Positions 38,718 to 52,062 of a stretch of DNA of 64,000 nucleotides are shown here, in pieces. Position 1 is the stretch's first letter, and every line of letters starts with the position of its first letter. The position numbers were made by a program, and so were the translations under genes. Under the pieces are notes generated by a model. It was not told the origin of the DNA. It was given only the letters and a program-made list of their open reading frames with translations, and did not search any database. This DNA is from Eledone cirrhosa (Eukaryota): contig OZ024740.1 in NCBI GenBank assembly GCA_964016885.1, forward strand, positions 409,820,001 to 409,884,000, written 5' to 3'.

Positions 38718-39812
38718 TATCGATTGCTGAAGCTGGTGTATTAATGTACCAGCTCCTGCAGTTCTTGCACTTAATTCAGCCTCTTGCCTTCCATCACTTA
38801 ACACGGCCCAAAATACTTGAACTTCACCTGCTTCAGTTGGACTCCATTGACATGCAGAGTGCACTGCGCAGCCTTCCTTGAGAGGACAAGTATCTCAGTT
38901 TTCGCAGCACTGATATTTATTCCAGTCATGCAGCACTCTGCATCAAACCTGTCAAATACAAGTTGGAGATCACTTTTTGTCAAGTTAAGTAACACCATGT
39001 TGTCTGCAAATTACAGCTGACTGATTTTACACCTCCCAGTCGTGATACCACTTCCAACCTGACTGCATGTAAATCTGTTTAATAAAAGCAATGAACAAGA
39101 GTGGTGACAGCAAGTGCACTCTTGGTGGAGCCGACTGCCACACTGAATGGTTTTGATTTAGCACCATTTATTCGAACACAAATACTTGGGCATTTGTACA
39201 GAGACATCAGGGCAACAAGAAGCTGACCATTGACCCTATACTTCTGCAGAACCTTCTACAGCAGGTCCTGAGGAATGCAGTTATATGCTTTTCGAGGTCT
39301 ACAAAACAAGAATATATCTCTTGGCATTACTCCCATGATTTCTCTAAGACCAGTCGCAGTGTGAATATTTGGTTGGCTGTGCTGCGTCTGGGGTGAAAAC
39401 CACAGTTTATCAGCTAGTTTGGGCTTGACAATCTCCCTGTATCTCTTTGTCTAACTCTTGGCATTGACTTTACTGGGGAGGCATGAATCTTGGGTAATGA
39501 CCGAAAGAATACGATCGGCCAAAATGGGGTTCCACCAAATAGATGCATAGCTCGGAGATCAGAGAGTCACTCCAGGTAGAACCACTACTTCTCAGATGGG
39601 CACCCAGTTAGAATGTCTTGGGAATTGCTGGACAGATTTTACATGCAAAACCAACTGGCAGGAGACCCAGGGACAAACCTCGAGCGAGATGGTTGGATAA
39701 CATCCATGAACTTGGCTGGTCTCGCTTGTGGATGGAGACGGTTGCTTCTAACAGGACCTGCTGGGAGGAGTCGGTGAAGACTCTTCCCCCATGACCCTCC
39801 TGGGAATAAGTG
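38718..39812. mobile_element. Rex3-like RTE LINE with inverted 5' part
   Basis: 38718-39482 is minus-strand RT (FDRFDAECCMTG, CTLHVNGVQLKQV). 39483-39812 is the plus-strand 3' end. Confidence 0.8.
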
Positions 39813-40577
39813 GGCAAAGAAGAAGTTGTATTTATGAGATATTTCGTGACAAAGAAAATGTTGCTGATAATGGTAACTTGTGCAATAAACACAAGTAATT
39901 TTGGGTGTGCATTTTTAGTTATACTCTTTTATTGGTTACAGTCATTGGACTGCAGCCATGTTGAAGAATTTTAATTGTTTTGACCAAAGTACTTATTTCA
40001 GTCTAGTTCTGTTTTATCAATCTCTAATTATCAAATTGTGTGTTGAATTGTTAGAACGTTGGATAAAATGCTTTGCAGTATTCGTTCTGGCTTTCTCTTC
40101 TCTGAGTGTAATCATGCTTAAGTCATCTTTGCCTTTCATCTTTTCATGGTTGATAAAAAAAAGTACTAGTCCAAGATTAGGGTTAATTCTCCTTTTATAT
40201 CTGTCTCTCACTCTTTTTCTGGAAGAAATTGGCTGTGTTCCAGGTTTAAAGAGCCTAAGACACCTTATGTTGCAATGGTGCTCCTACAACTCCATCAGGA
40301 ATTACAGATCCATATATACATTTACCATATTACTCTGTTATACTTTGACATGAAGCAACACATGGCATTGGTTTATATTGGTAAAGATACAAACATAGCA
40401 TAGGAGATAGAATTGATTCCTTTTTTAAAGAAAATTAAAATTTTTTGCTTTGACAACTTTGCTACTATGCTACAAATATTTGTTGATAGTTGCATTTATT
40501 TTACAAGTTTTGCAAAAATATGTCTATTACAGTCTTCTTAGATATTCTGTATCCAGCCTTAATTTTGAACATCATGT

Positions 40578-41057
40578 AACTCTGGTGCAGTAATGCGCCA
40601 GCTTCAACATTCTGTAACCAGAAGGGAGGTAGGCGTAAAAGCCAAACTCGCTATCTTCAATTCAGTATTTGTGTCAACCCATACCTATGATCATGAATCT
40701 TAGGTAATGACTGAAAGAATACGAGTGCAAGTGGGTCTTTAGAGTAACATTACTCAATAGAGTGTGTCGCTTGGAGATCAAAGAGTCATCTAGGTAGAGC
40801 TGCTACTTCTCCGATATATGCTTGTGGTTAGAATGTCTGGACAGATTTTACAGGCAAAACTAACCGGCAGGGGACCCAGGGGTAGACCCCGAGCAAGATT
40901 TGTTGGATAACATCCATTAGCTTGGCTGGTCTCGCTTGGGGATCCAGCCGGATCAGTTGGAGATGGTTGCTTTTGACATGACTCGCAAGAAGGAGTGTTT
41001 GAGGACTCTGCCTCCGTGCCCCTCTCAGGAATAAGTGGGTGAAGATGATGATGATGT
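40578..41057 (+). mobile_element. Rex3-like RTE 3' fragment with (GAT)n tail
   Basis: Homologous to 26790-27000 and 27520-27690. Confidence 0.8.
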
Positions 41058-42018
41058 TCCACTTGAATACTCATTAACAAGGTATTCTTGAAAAATAAAA
41101 AGTATCACATAAAAAATGTAAGTCTTTAGTTTATTGCAAATTTTCATAATGTTCAGCCCACTAGTGTCAAGGACATGACAGTCTCCCTGTGGTTGGTGAT
41201 AGGAAGGATATCTAACCCCCAAAAAGCTTGTCAAACAAAGGGGTGGGAGGACCCTTCAGTTGTGTCAAAGACATGACAACCTCTCTAGTACTGGTATCAA
41301 AAGAAAATGAACTCGGTGGAGCATGGCACTGCATGTAAGCGAGATGCAGACCCTCAGCATTTCTGAGAGGTCATTAGCCTTGTTTGAGTACTGACTTAGT
41401 CTGTGAAAACCTGTCCAACCCTTGCTAACAGGTAAAACAGACTTTAGATGATGATGATGGTGATAAAACATTTGAATTAACAAAACTGTTTTCAGATATT
41501 TTCTACTAAATCATTGCAGGGCGTCAGTTCTTATTTGGAATTACTGCCCTATGTTGCTTAGTGGTTAGTGGTCAACTGATGATCAGGTTGTTGGTTCGAT
41601 TCCTGGACCAGTATGTTGTGTTCTTAAGCAACATGTTATATTTCATGTTGCTTTTCGTTATAGAATTGCCCCCCCGCCCATCAAACACCTGAAAATCCTT
41701 CTAAGAGTTACAACCCTGTAAAAGGCTAGCTAAATCAGCATAGGTGTGAGATTTCAATTTTTGTTTCAAATCTTCTTTGTATATTCTAATTGTTGCCATA
41801 GTTTTTATGGCTAGATGCCTTTCTAACGCCAGCCACTTAAAAGAGTATCACTTCCCTTGATCTCTGACCCTTTCATATGCCCCTCCTCTTCCTCCTGCAC
41901 TATCCCTCCTCACACTTTACTCCATCCCTCTATCCTAACCAAAATATATGTAGACTGAATTTACAGCACCCCATTACTTTTTTGTTGAAACTTAGCAAAC
42001 ACCTGCTTTGCTGAAATG

Positions 42019-42283
42019 TAACCATGTTAACCAGTACGTAACCATGTTAACCAGTACGTAACCATGTTAACCAGTACGTAACCATGTTAACCAGTACGTA
42101 ACCAGGTTAACCAGTACGTAACCGTGTTGAACTAGTCCGTAACCGTGTTAAACTAGTACATAACCGTGTTAAACTAGTACGTAACCATGTTAAACTAGTA
42201 CGTAACCATGTTAAACAAGTACGTAACCATGTTAAACAAGTCTGTAACCATGTTAAACCAGTCCGTAACCATGTTAAACTAGT
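42019..42283. repeat. 20-21-bp minisatellite GTAACCATGTTAACCAGTAC (~13 units)
   Basis: Direct tandem array with gradual unit drift. Confidence 0.95.
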
Positions 42284-42284
42284 C

Positions 42285-43410
42285 ATAATCATCACTGTTT
42301 AATGTCCATTTTTCCATGCTAGCATGGGTTAGATGAGTTGCCCTGTTATGAGATAGGCCAGGTGACCATATCTTGCTCATACAGAACTGATTCTGGCTTC
42401 GTTTCTACAGCTGGATGCCCTTCCTAACACCAACCATATTTACAGGGTTGGGTGCTTTCTATTGTGACATGTGCATGGCTACTTTACAGTGTGGGCTGGG
42501 AGAGGTGTGTGAGGATAGGGGAGGTGGATATTTGGGCGTGTGTGAGGGTGGGCAGTAAGTGGAAAGGTCATGGGTTGGAGCACTCTAGATGTATGCTCAT
42601 GGGATGTGTATGGAGTGGGGTGGAGGTGAAGGTGGTGATACTATATGCGTCAGCCTGTACTCATGTGACGGCAAGTCTTCTGCATAATGCCGGAGATCTT
42701 GGGTACAATTGTGCAACATCAGCTTTTATCATTTCATCCCAAGTCTTCCTGGGTCTTCCCACTCCATGGCCTCCATCATCTTTCATATGGTTCATATGTC
42801 CATATCAATGCAATCCCCTTTCCTGTACACTGCATCTGATTCTTCTTATGCCTAGTTTCTCTCAGTTCATTTATGCTTTGTCGTTCACATATATTACTGT
42901 TACACATCCATTAGAGCATGTAAGCTTCGTTTCTTTCCAATCTTCGCAAGTCTTCTGCACACAACACCCAGGTCTCATTACCATGCAACTTTGTTCATAT
43001 GCATGCATCTTACTTTCATTTTGAGGGAAAAGCTTCTTGTAGCGAGCAGTTGTAGTAGCTCCTTGAACTCCTTCCATCTTGTTCTCACTCTGGCTACATT
43101 ACTTACGGAACACCTACCTCCGCTACTAATTTGCTTACCCAGGTAGCAGAAGCTGTATAATGTTTTTACTGAGCATTCCCAGAATTTGATAGCGCTTGTT
43201 TCCTGTGGTCGTTTGCTGCTTACTGCTCTGGTGCAATGGCTACATGTAAAACCTACATTCTTAGTTAGATTACCTGAGATCCCACTACATCTCTTGTGTA
43301 CCCTTGCATTTAGGACAGAGGATGAAATTTCTACTTACACTTTTCCTACACACTGAGCAAGGCCATTTCCCTGAGGGGATCAGGGCTCTGTTTTCCCTTC
43401 TACTTACATA
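42285..43410 (-). mobile_element. RTE LINE 3' part (PHD-containing family) including 3' UTR
   Basis: RRENRALIPSGKWPCSVCRKSVSRNFILCPKCK is homologous to the 61-64 kb ORF. The UTR matches 61030-61200. Confidence 0.8.
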
Positions 43411-44554
43411 CGCACGCTTGTGTATTTCTGTATTCATATATATATATATATATTCGGACAATGTATAGAGCAAGGAAGAAGTTCCAGGAACTGAGTAGTG
43501 TGCTAATATGGAGAGGAATCTTGCTGATATTGAAAGGATGTAAGTGGCTTGAATGAGAAGTGCCATGGTTTATAGGAATGAGACATGGGTAATAAAGGGA
43601 GAGCCACAGAGAAGGCTGGAAAGAAAGGAAGTGAGAATAGTTTGGTGGATGAATGGAGTATTAGTACGAGAGAGGAAGACAATCAATGAATTGTAGAGTG
43701 AATGGGAATAGAACGAGTGATGAATGTTGTGAAGAGAAATAGAATGAAATGTTTGGGTCATGTGCTGAGGAAGGATGAAATTCACTGGGTGAGACTTATG
43801 GAAATGAATGTAGAAGGAAATAGAGAAAGGGGAAGGCCAAGAAAGACATGGCTAAAAATAATGGAAAAGGCAAAGCCATAGTATTGATGTGGGGGAGATG
43901 TAGACTATAGGGGAAAATGGAGAAGTATGTACTTACATATACACACGTGTGTATATATGTATTCTGGTATATTACTGTGAAAAATGACAGTTTTTATAGT
44001 AAAAATATCAAAATTTATTAATGCTATGATTTCAGTATCCTTCTTGTCGCTCCATCCATTGCTGTAATTCATTTTACATTCTTCTGAATCAATTGCAATA
44101 ATTTTCTTCAGTATTTAAAAAAAAATCATTAAACATATACAAACTAAATTATGATGACTTTCTTCTATCTATCTGTCTAGTTATATTTCTATATATCTTT
44201 GGTCTGCTTTTGGGATTTGTGCTTTTGTTGTTGTTGTTGTCCAAAAATAGATACATTGGTGATGCATAAATAGATAACTATATATTGACAGTCAGACAGA
44301 TAAATAGAGGTAGGTAGATAAGTAGATAGACAGATATGTTGTTAGATAGATAGGCAGATGGATGTTTTTATTGTCTGAAGATAGATACATAAGTAGATAA
44401 CTGCTGCTTGACCACTGAACGTCTTATCAATACTAGGGAGAGAGAGAGGTAGGGAGGAAAATATCAAATTATCATTTCCCAAACAAAGCTAACACATAGT
44501 AGGTGTCATGTGATAGTCATGTTTTATTTTATATATATACAGGAGAGAGATATA

Positions 44555-46370
44555 TAAAGTGAGATGTGATGTAGTTTGGTTTTGTGCCAGGAAGGAGCAG
44601 CACAGGTGCCCTCTTCTTAGTGAGACAACTAGAGAGGTTCCTAGCTAAGTGTAAGCTGATATACCTTGCCTTTGTAGATCTGGAAAAGGCCTTTGACAGA
44701 TTACCATGATCTGTTATCTGGTGGTCCTTTAGGAAACTGGGTGTAGATGAGTGGTTCGTGAGAGCAGTGCAAACTATGTACAAATGTGCTACCAGTAAAG
44801 TGAGAGTAGGTAATGAGTTTAGTGACAAATTCAGTGTGCAAGGTGGGTGGTCATCAAAGCTCAATCCTCAGTCTCCTTCTGTTTATTATAGTTTTCCTGG
44901 CCATAACATGAGTTTAGACTAGCTATTCATGGGAATTTGTGTATGCTGATGACCTAGTTCCTATAGCCGAATTTGTGGAGAAAATTTAGAATCAAAGAGT
45001 CTCAGTAAATCTCAGCAAAAACCAAAGCTTTAGTAAGTAGGATAGAGGACAAGACTTCTATCTGGGAAGTAACCATGCTCAATATGTAAAGTATGGGTAC
45101 ACAAGAGGTGTAGTGGGATTGTAGGCTGGCTAACGAAAATGATACTTTGCATGCTTATGGGAGATGCACAGGGAAAATGTGCAGTCAGAGCAGCAGTGAA
45201 ATGAACCTTTTTTGACCCTTTGAAATTACCATAGTAGGTGATAGTTTCTACTACTTAAGTAACCAAATTAGCTGTGGAAGGGCTTGTTCTGAACACAGTA
45301 ACTAGATTAAGAATAAACACATGTGCACAAGAGTTGTAGTAGGATCTCAGGCATGTGCACAAGAGTTGTAGTAGGATCTCAGGCAGGCTAACAAAGAGCA
45401 TAAGTTTTGTATGTGCAGGAGCAATAAGTAACAAGACTTCATAGGAAAAAAGCTTCTTTGAATGCTCAGAGGGCCCTGTAGAAATGGTTGGTAGTTTCTG
45501 TTATCTGGGTGATAGTATCTACATTCCCTTTTCAATGCTAGCATGGATTGGAATCCTTTCCAGCACAACCTCCATCCTGTGAGGTTCAGTGTTTTGAATT
45601 CAACTGTAACCACTTCTGCCCAAGTCTTCTTTTACTGCAGTTTCATTCCACTGAGAACTCCTGGCATTTCTTCACACACTGTTCATCAGCCATGCATGAC
45701 ATGTTCATACCATCAGTCATCTCTCTTGCACACTACATCTGATTTTTCTTTATACTCAGTTTTTCTAGCTGTTCATTACACACTAACATTACACATCTCA
45801 TGCAGGCATCATAGAAAAACAATCCCTTTATTGTCAACAGAAGTTGTAGCTCTCTAAACTTTTTCCAGTCTATTCATAATCTAGTTACTGTGTTCAGAAC
45901 AAGCCCTTCCACAGCTAATTTGGTTACTTAAGTAGTAGAAACTATCACCTACTATGGTAATTTACTTTCATTTTGCAAGTTGGGTGTATATATATGTGTG
46001 TGTGTGTGTGTGTGCGCACACACACACACACACACCACATGTACACGAGTTGTAGTAGGATCTCAAGCAGGCTAACAAAGAGCGTAAGTTTTGTGTGGTC
46101 ACTGTGCAGGAGCAATAAGTAACAAGACCTCATAGGAAAAAAGCTTCTTTGAATGCTCAGAGGGCCCTGTAGAAATGGTTGGTCGTTTCTGTTATCTGGG
46201 TGATAGTAGCAGTGGAGGTGGGGGTTCTGAAAGCATGTACAGATGGGAAAGGTAGGTTTTTGTGCAATACAGCATAATGCCAGAGATCTCGACCCTGTAT
46301 CATCATGAAGTTTAATTGGGCAAGGTCAGCTTTTATCACTTCATCTCAAGCTTTCCTAGGTCTTTCTTTC
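44555..46370. mobile_element. Rearranged decayed RTE fragments with inverted and direct duplications
   Basis: RT motifs at 44570-45310. 45224-45309 is inverted at 45877-45963, and 45363-45517 is repeated at 46047-46208. Confidence 0.75.
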
Positions 46371-46739
46371 TCTTTCATAGTTCCAATCAATTTTGATCGA
46401 AGCATGTAAGCTTCATTTATTTCCACCCATGTAGTAATCCATACAACTTGTAAGGCGGTTGGTTGTGTTGGTGACACAAAAAAAGCGTTGTCGTCCACCA
46501 TGTAAGGTGCTTGTGCTGGTGATACAATGAAAAAGCACCCAGTCCACCTTGTTATATGGTCGTTTTGGTTCCATAATAAAAATCACTCAGTTCACACTGT
46601 GGTTGCCGTTAAGATGTGATCCAGCTGTACCAAGCCAGGAATGGTTCTGTATGAACAAGAAACAGCCACATGATTTGTCTCACAACGTTGTTGTTCCTGT
46701 GTTTATAACTAAAACATCACTGCACTTCACCACCCTTAA

Positions 46740-48204
46740 CCCTTTAGCATTCACATTGAATTGTCAAATGTCATGTTCACTATTCGCATTATTTTCACTT
46801 AATTATACTCAAGAGGGTTATCAATTTTATTTGTTTGTAATTACTTTAATTTTCTATGTGCAGACTTGAAATTTTGTCAGATGTTTAAATAACTATAATT
46901 TACAATTATATATTTTTACCTGATTTTTTTTGTTAAATTTGACTTTTATGGGCAGGTGAAATTAATTAACAGGTGTAAAAGTAATAACTTTATGGATAAA
47001 CACAAAAATTTAAACTTTATCTGCCTTATCTGTTAGATTTGTTGCAAAAAAATCCAATAATGACCTAGATGCTGATTTGCATCAATTCTAGCAGTTTTCT
47101 GAACAGGTGAATTAATTAAAAATGCAGGTGTAATCAGTACACGGTTTTAGTCTTTCTCTACATTCCAGGCAAATATTTTCATTGAAAAAAATGTATAAAA
47201 CCTTTTCACCGGTCAAAATAATATTGGCAATGTACTCTGTAAATGTACGGTGTAAAATTACGTAATAGAAAGTTCCCAATATATAAGTTTATACACACTT
47301 TTAAATTTTTCTGACAATATTTCAATTAATGGTCATACTTTATACAGTGGGTCGTAATTTGATTCATTTCTACCAGGGGCATTTGAAGTATCAACCAGAT
47401 GCAAATACTGGTTTAATTTAATGAATCTCGTTTTTGCCATAATACTAGATATATAAGGGTCACCAAACCTTATATCAGTACTCCAATAATTCCACAGTCG
47501 TGGAAATTGTTTAATACCAAACATAATATTTATGGTAAAAAACGCTTTCATTTCGGCAGAATCTGTCGGACAACATAACAGATCGGGTTTTCCGATATTA
47601 GAAATTTGTTGTTGTGCATAGCGATTTGCCACAACTTCGAAGAAAGATTGTGGTAAAAATAAAAAATAATAATCCAGTGCTTTAGCATCGGGTGGTAATG
47701 TGTGTTGTGGTCCAATATTTTCAGTAAAATCCAAAACATGTATCGATGTTGTTTCTTTCAACCACGTTGCTATTTTTTCAATGGTGTCAGTCAAATCTTC
47801 TCTTTCACTTTCAAAGTAACTATCATCATTATCAGATATATCAGAAATAAATATATCTGATTCGTTTGAAGATAAATCACTGATATTATCTTCTGTTTCT
47901 TTTTGATCTTGAATGTCGTCGGACGTAAAACCTTCAAATTCGTTGTCGCTACTTTCGGAAGCCATGTTACACTTTCAACGTTAAAAACACGTGTTATCGC
48001 AAGTTCTTTAACTATACTAAGAGTTAATTTTCGCGCGTAAGGGCTTTATCTCGCAGTAATCTCGAATTGACGAGATTTCGATGATGTCAATGTTTATTTT
48101 TAGAAGGAAATCTCCGTGTGGTATTAAATGTCGGTTTTTGTCGGTTTGAATAAATGAAAGGGGACATAATCTTGTCGGTTTTTGTCGCTTTGAATGCTAA
48201 AGGG
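46740..48204 (-). mobile_element. Internally deleted piggyBac element, copy 1 (PGBD4-like N-terminal ORF 47333-47965)
   Basis: TTAA TSDs and 14-bp TIR CCCTTTAGCATTCA. The ORF has an acidic N-terminus plus EMKAFF, YWSTD and DPLYKV; the catalytic DDD region is missing. Confidence 0.95.
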
Positions 48205-48329
48205 TTAAACTTCAGCACACAATTAGATCTCTTGTATCCACTCCAAATGCTAGGCTTCACTATAATGAAGGATCACTGATTGCGAATGCACATCCTAAAC
48301 ATAGAACTACATCTAACAAATCCAGACAA

Positions 48330-48549
48330 CCCTATAGCATTTACACTACTCTATTTACTATTGTATTTTGGGGGGTTAACACTTTATTTCACATAATTAT
48401 CTAACATAATATTTAATCTATGAAATTTTGATATTTATTTTGAGACCAATAGCTTAAAATAAGTATGAGCAGCCAGTTATGGTCGGTTTGAACAGAAAGA
48501 GGTGAAAGAATTCTGGTTTTAAAAGACTGCTGGTTTGAATGCTAAAGGG
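48330..48549. mobile_element. piggyBac-type MITE
   Basis: CCCTATAGCATT...AATGCTAAAGGG-TTAA. Confidence 0.75.
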
Positions 48550-49563
48550 TTAAGCCAGAAATGGAGTAGTGCTGCCACACATGCATACCTCCTTGACCAC
48601 ATCCAGAATTGGCATTAAGTCACTGCCAGACTTGCTCCATCTTCTAGCCTACACTTCTATTACTACAATGGCATCTGCTTCACAGAGCTGGCTGACCTGA
48701 TGCCATATTCACTCAAGCACTCCTGCTCCATGTGTTTTCCCTTTGAAAATGTTTTCTTTTAATGAAATAACTTCTGATGTATGATAAATTGTTTAAATAT
48801 CAACCAGAATAAGAAAATGTTCCAAAGTATTGAGTGAGAGGAGATTAAAAAAAGGGCAAGAAAATATGTAAGAGGAAGAGATAACTGTAAAACACATCCA
48901 CAGTCTGAAGTGAGGCAGAAGTGGAAGTAGAACAAACATGCACACAAACAACATTTTAGAAATGTGTCTGTGTGCGTATATAAATGTACATGACTATATA
49001 TATATGTGTGTGTGTATAAAAGTTGTAGGAAGCGTGAATGCGGAGATAGCTGTAAAGCAGCTGGCTGTTACAATTATTATAGCAAAGAGTCGAGATAAAC
49101 AAAACATCTTAATGAATGGAGGAGAGGTCAAAGATGAGAGAGAGGAAAAGTTAAGGAAGAAGAGAGAAGGAATAGAGTGTATAGCATATGATGAGAGATA
49201 GAGGAGAGAAGAAAAGAGGGAACGAAAGTGATAGAGCATATAATGTAGACATGAAGAAGTAAGAATAGGATTAGTTCATTCTTCTCCATGTCAACATTAT
49301 AAGCTTTATCACTTTCATTCCCCCTTCTGTTCAGTAGAAGGTTTTTTCTTTATCCCAACTCTTTGCTCTAATCATTGTAGCAGCCGTTTTACTGCTATTT
49401 TTGTGTTTCAGCTTCTTACAATTTTACAAAATATTTACACACTCAATGTTCCAAATCATTTTCATATTGTGTTTGTGTGTGTAAATCAGAATTGGATGCA
49501 GTAAAAACCTGTTAGACCATTGCTCACTAGAGTACTCTATACTTGGAGTAGTAGAGTGTGGTA

Positions 49564-49674
49564 ATATGAAAGAGTTGGGACCTCGATGGCTGAGCTCTTG
49601 CTATTTCAACAGCAGTTTGCAACTAGCTGTTGATATGGCAAGAGCTCAACATTCGGGTCCTGACTCTTCCATAT
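49564..49674. repeat. Diverged ~110-bp hairpin, same family as 11415-11526
   Basis: ATATGAAAGAGTTGGGACC...CAGC/GCTG...GGTCCTGACTCTTCCATAT. The shared flank GAGTAGTAGAGT also matches. Confidence 0.8.
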
Positions 49675-49859
49675 ATATATAAAATACGTTTGGAGGTTCA
49701 AATAAAAAATGCAGCCCATAAAAACACTTGCACTAGGAGACTTTCAATTCAGTTTTATTATTAGTTAGGTAACTAATCCATTATTCGGGTAGTAACTGGA
49801 TAGTTATTTAATTATCAAATCTCTTACATTCTGTGATCTTCCCAATAACTAACAAGATC

Positions 49860-50390
49860 ATGTTGAGCACCAATGTCTTCCAGGGTGCCCACCGGGGCTT
49901 TGGATTTGGTACAAGAAATATGGAGGAATCAAGGCTCCTGGAGTTTTGTGATGCTACTGGCTTGGCTATCTGCAACACTAATTTCAGGAAACCACCCAGC
50001 TACAAGATCACTGATAAGTCAGGAGAGCACAGTAGCTAGATAGATATACTTTTTTACCAGAAAATGTGATAGACTGAAGGTTGCAAATACAAAATCTCTC
50101 CCTGGTGAGGAATGTACCTCCCAGCATAGCCTAGTAATGACTTTAGAATTAGAGCTACTCAGTGACTGAAGGCAACTTGGATGAGAACATGGAAGCTGGG
50201 TGCACTGGACTGGTGACGACAATAAGAAGGGATAGACATTTACAACATAGGAATTTCTGAGAGATAACCTGCTGAAGGCTACAGATAAGATCTCTGGTTT
50301 GTGTAACGCCCCAAGAAAATGGAGAGTAATATGATAGATGAGGCAATTAAAGCTGAGAAACAGATGTGGAAGGACTGGCAGAAGGGATAT
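49860..50390 (+). mobile_element. Decayed RTE endonuclease fragment
   Basis: GFGFGTRNMEESRLLEFCDATGLAICNTNFRKPP is homologous to 63750-63900. Confidence 0.8.
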
Positions 50391-51299
50391 TTTTCTGATC
50401 CAATACCTACTCCCTCAAAAATCAATGTAGTTTAGCTCAATATTGGATATTACTAAGATGACAAATATTAAGTCCAAATGACTAATGGTCCTTACGAGAT
50501 TTGTTCTTTAAATTTGGTTTAGAACAAACATGCGGCCCTTTACAAGCAGACGTGCGGCCTGGCCCGCACAAAGGTTTTTACAGCGTGAGCATGTTTTATC
50601 TTCGTAATATAAAATTAAAAAAACTGGTTGTAATGTGTGCAATTAGTTGTTGTGTGTGGCCCTCGGGGGACTCTCGGTTTGACATGCCTGCTTTAGAATA
50701 CTCAATTTGACACACCAAGCAGCCATTTTCAATTGTCTTGCATTTATGTATTTTAAGGTAAAATGCATCATGTTTTTTCATGGATACATATACAGGCACT
50801 CAAATTTCATAATAAACCCATTATCATTTACATTACTCTATATTTACTATTAAATTTTCACGGTAAAGGCTTTACATCACATAATATTGAATCTGAGATT
50901 TTGATATTATTTATTTTGAGAACAATACCTTAACATCAGTACGAGTAGTCGGTTTGAACAGAAAGAGGTGAGAGAATTCATTAAAATATCTCTTCTAAAC
51001 CTACCTCAAGTTTCATTGAGATGATGAGATTACTTCTACGTAAACCTGATGTGCAATACAGAGATTTCATGGGAAAGCAATACAAAATGTTGAAGGAAGT
51101 GAGAACTGAAGCTAATTTTATGTATGAAATGAGCAAAATAATTACAATGTAAGTTGGACACTGAGAAAAAGTTCAACTTCAGTGAAAAGATTTGGTAAAC
51201 TTGAAATTTGATTTAAAAACGTTTAACAACTAGCTATTACAGAAGTTTGAAATTGTGGGAATTAAAAATTTGAACAAGTTGTGGAAAGATTCAGAACAT

Positions 51300-52050
51300 C
51301 TTCAACCATGAAAGGGTAGAGAAAATCAAATGAACGAGTTGAAAACAAAAGCTAATGATCTTGATCACTTAGTTTGTGAACAGGAAAAACTCAAAATTCA
51401 AATATTGACATTAACCCCCAAATCATGGTCACTAATGTATGTAGCCAAGAAATTTGGGGCATCCAGGCGTACCATGATTTTGAGTGAACAAAGAGGAATA
51501 TTGGCTATGCCAGATCTTACTGTTGGAAAGCAATTGTGTAGTGAAATTTAAACTCTTGTAGAAGAGTTTTATTGTTATGATGAATAATCACGGCTAATGT
51601 TATGCAACCTTGAGCTATATTCACAATGTAAGGCGAAATACCCCAACGTACAAATAGGCTTTCTAACATTTTAATCACTATGACCAAAGTGTGGCATCTT
51701 TGCCAAAGCATCTGGCTGGTACATACTCTGTATGTTTTTACTCATCACCAACATTTAAAGCTTATGTTGTAGGCTGCAAATCTGGACAGAACTTAACTAT
51801 GACTTCATTGTACATCTTGTTCTGGAGTAGCAGCTGTAGAGACATGTTTGAAAAATCACTATAAACTTGTAAATGGAAGTGTTTGAAGAAAGCCTAGGAG
51901 AAAACAATATATTTAAGCAGTGGATAAGTACTGATACAGCAGATTTGATTTCTCAAACATTATCTACTCCAGCACATGTAACACTTTATGAAAACTTAGA
52001 CACCCTTACATCTCATTCTTTCATTGTTAAATTTCAATCTAAATACTTCC
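51300..52050 (+). mobile_element. Highly degenerate DNA transposase fragment (family uncertain, possibly Sola-like)
   Basis: KIQILTLTPKSWS..VAKKFG, YPNVQIGF and FKQWISTD remnants. Confidence 0.4.
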
Positions 52051-52062
52051 CCTTGTTGCCTA

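Noticed and set aside
42019-42283. Possible CRISPR-like array
   Set aside because: The repeats are contiguous with no unique spacers, and the context is eukaryotic.
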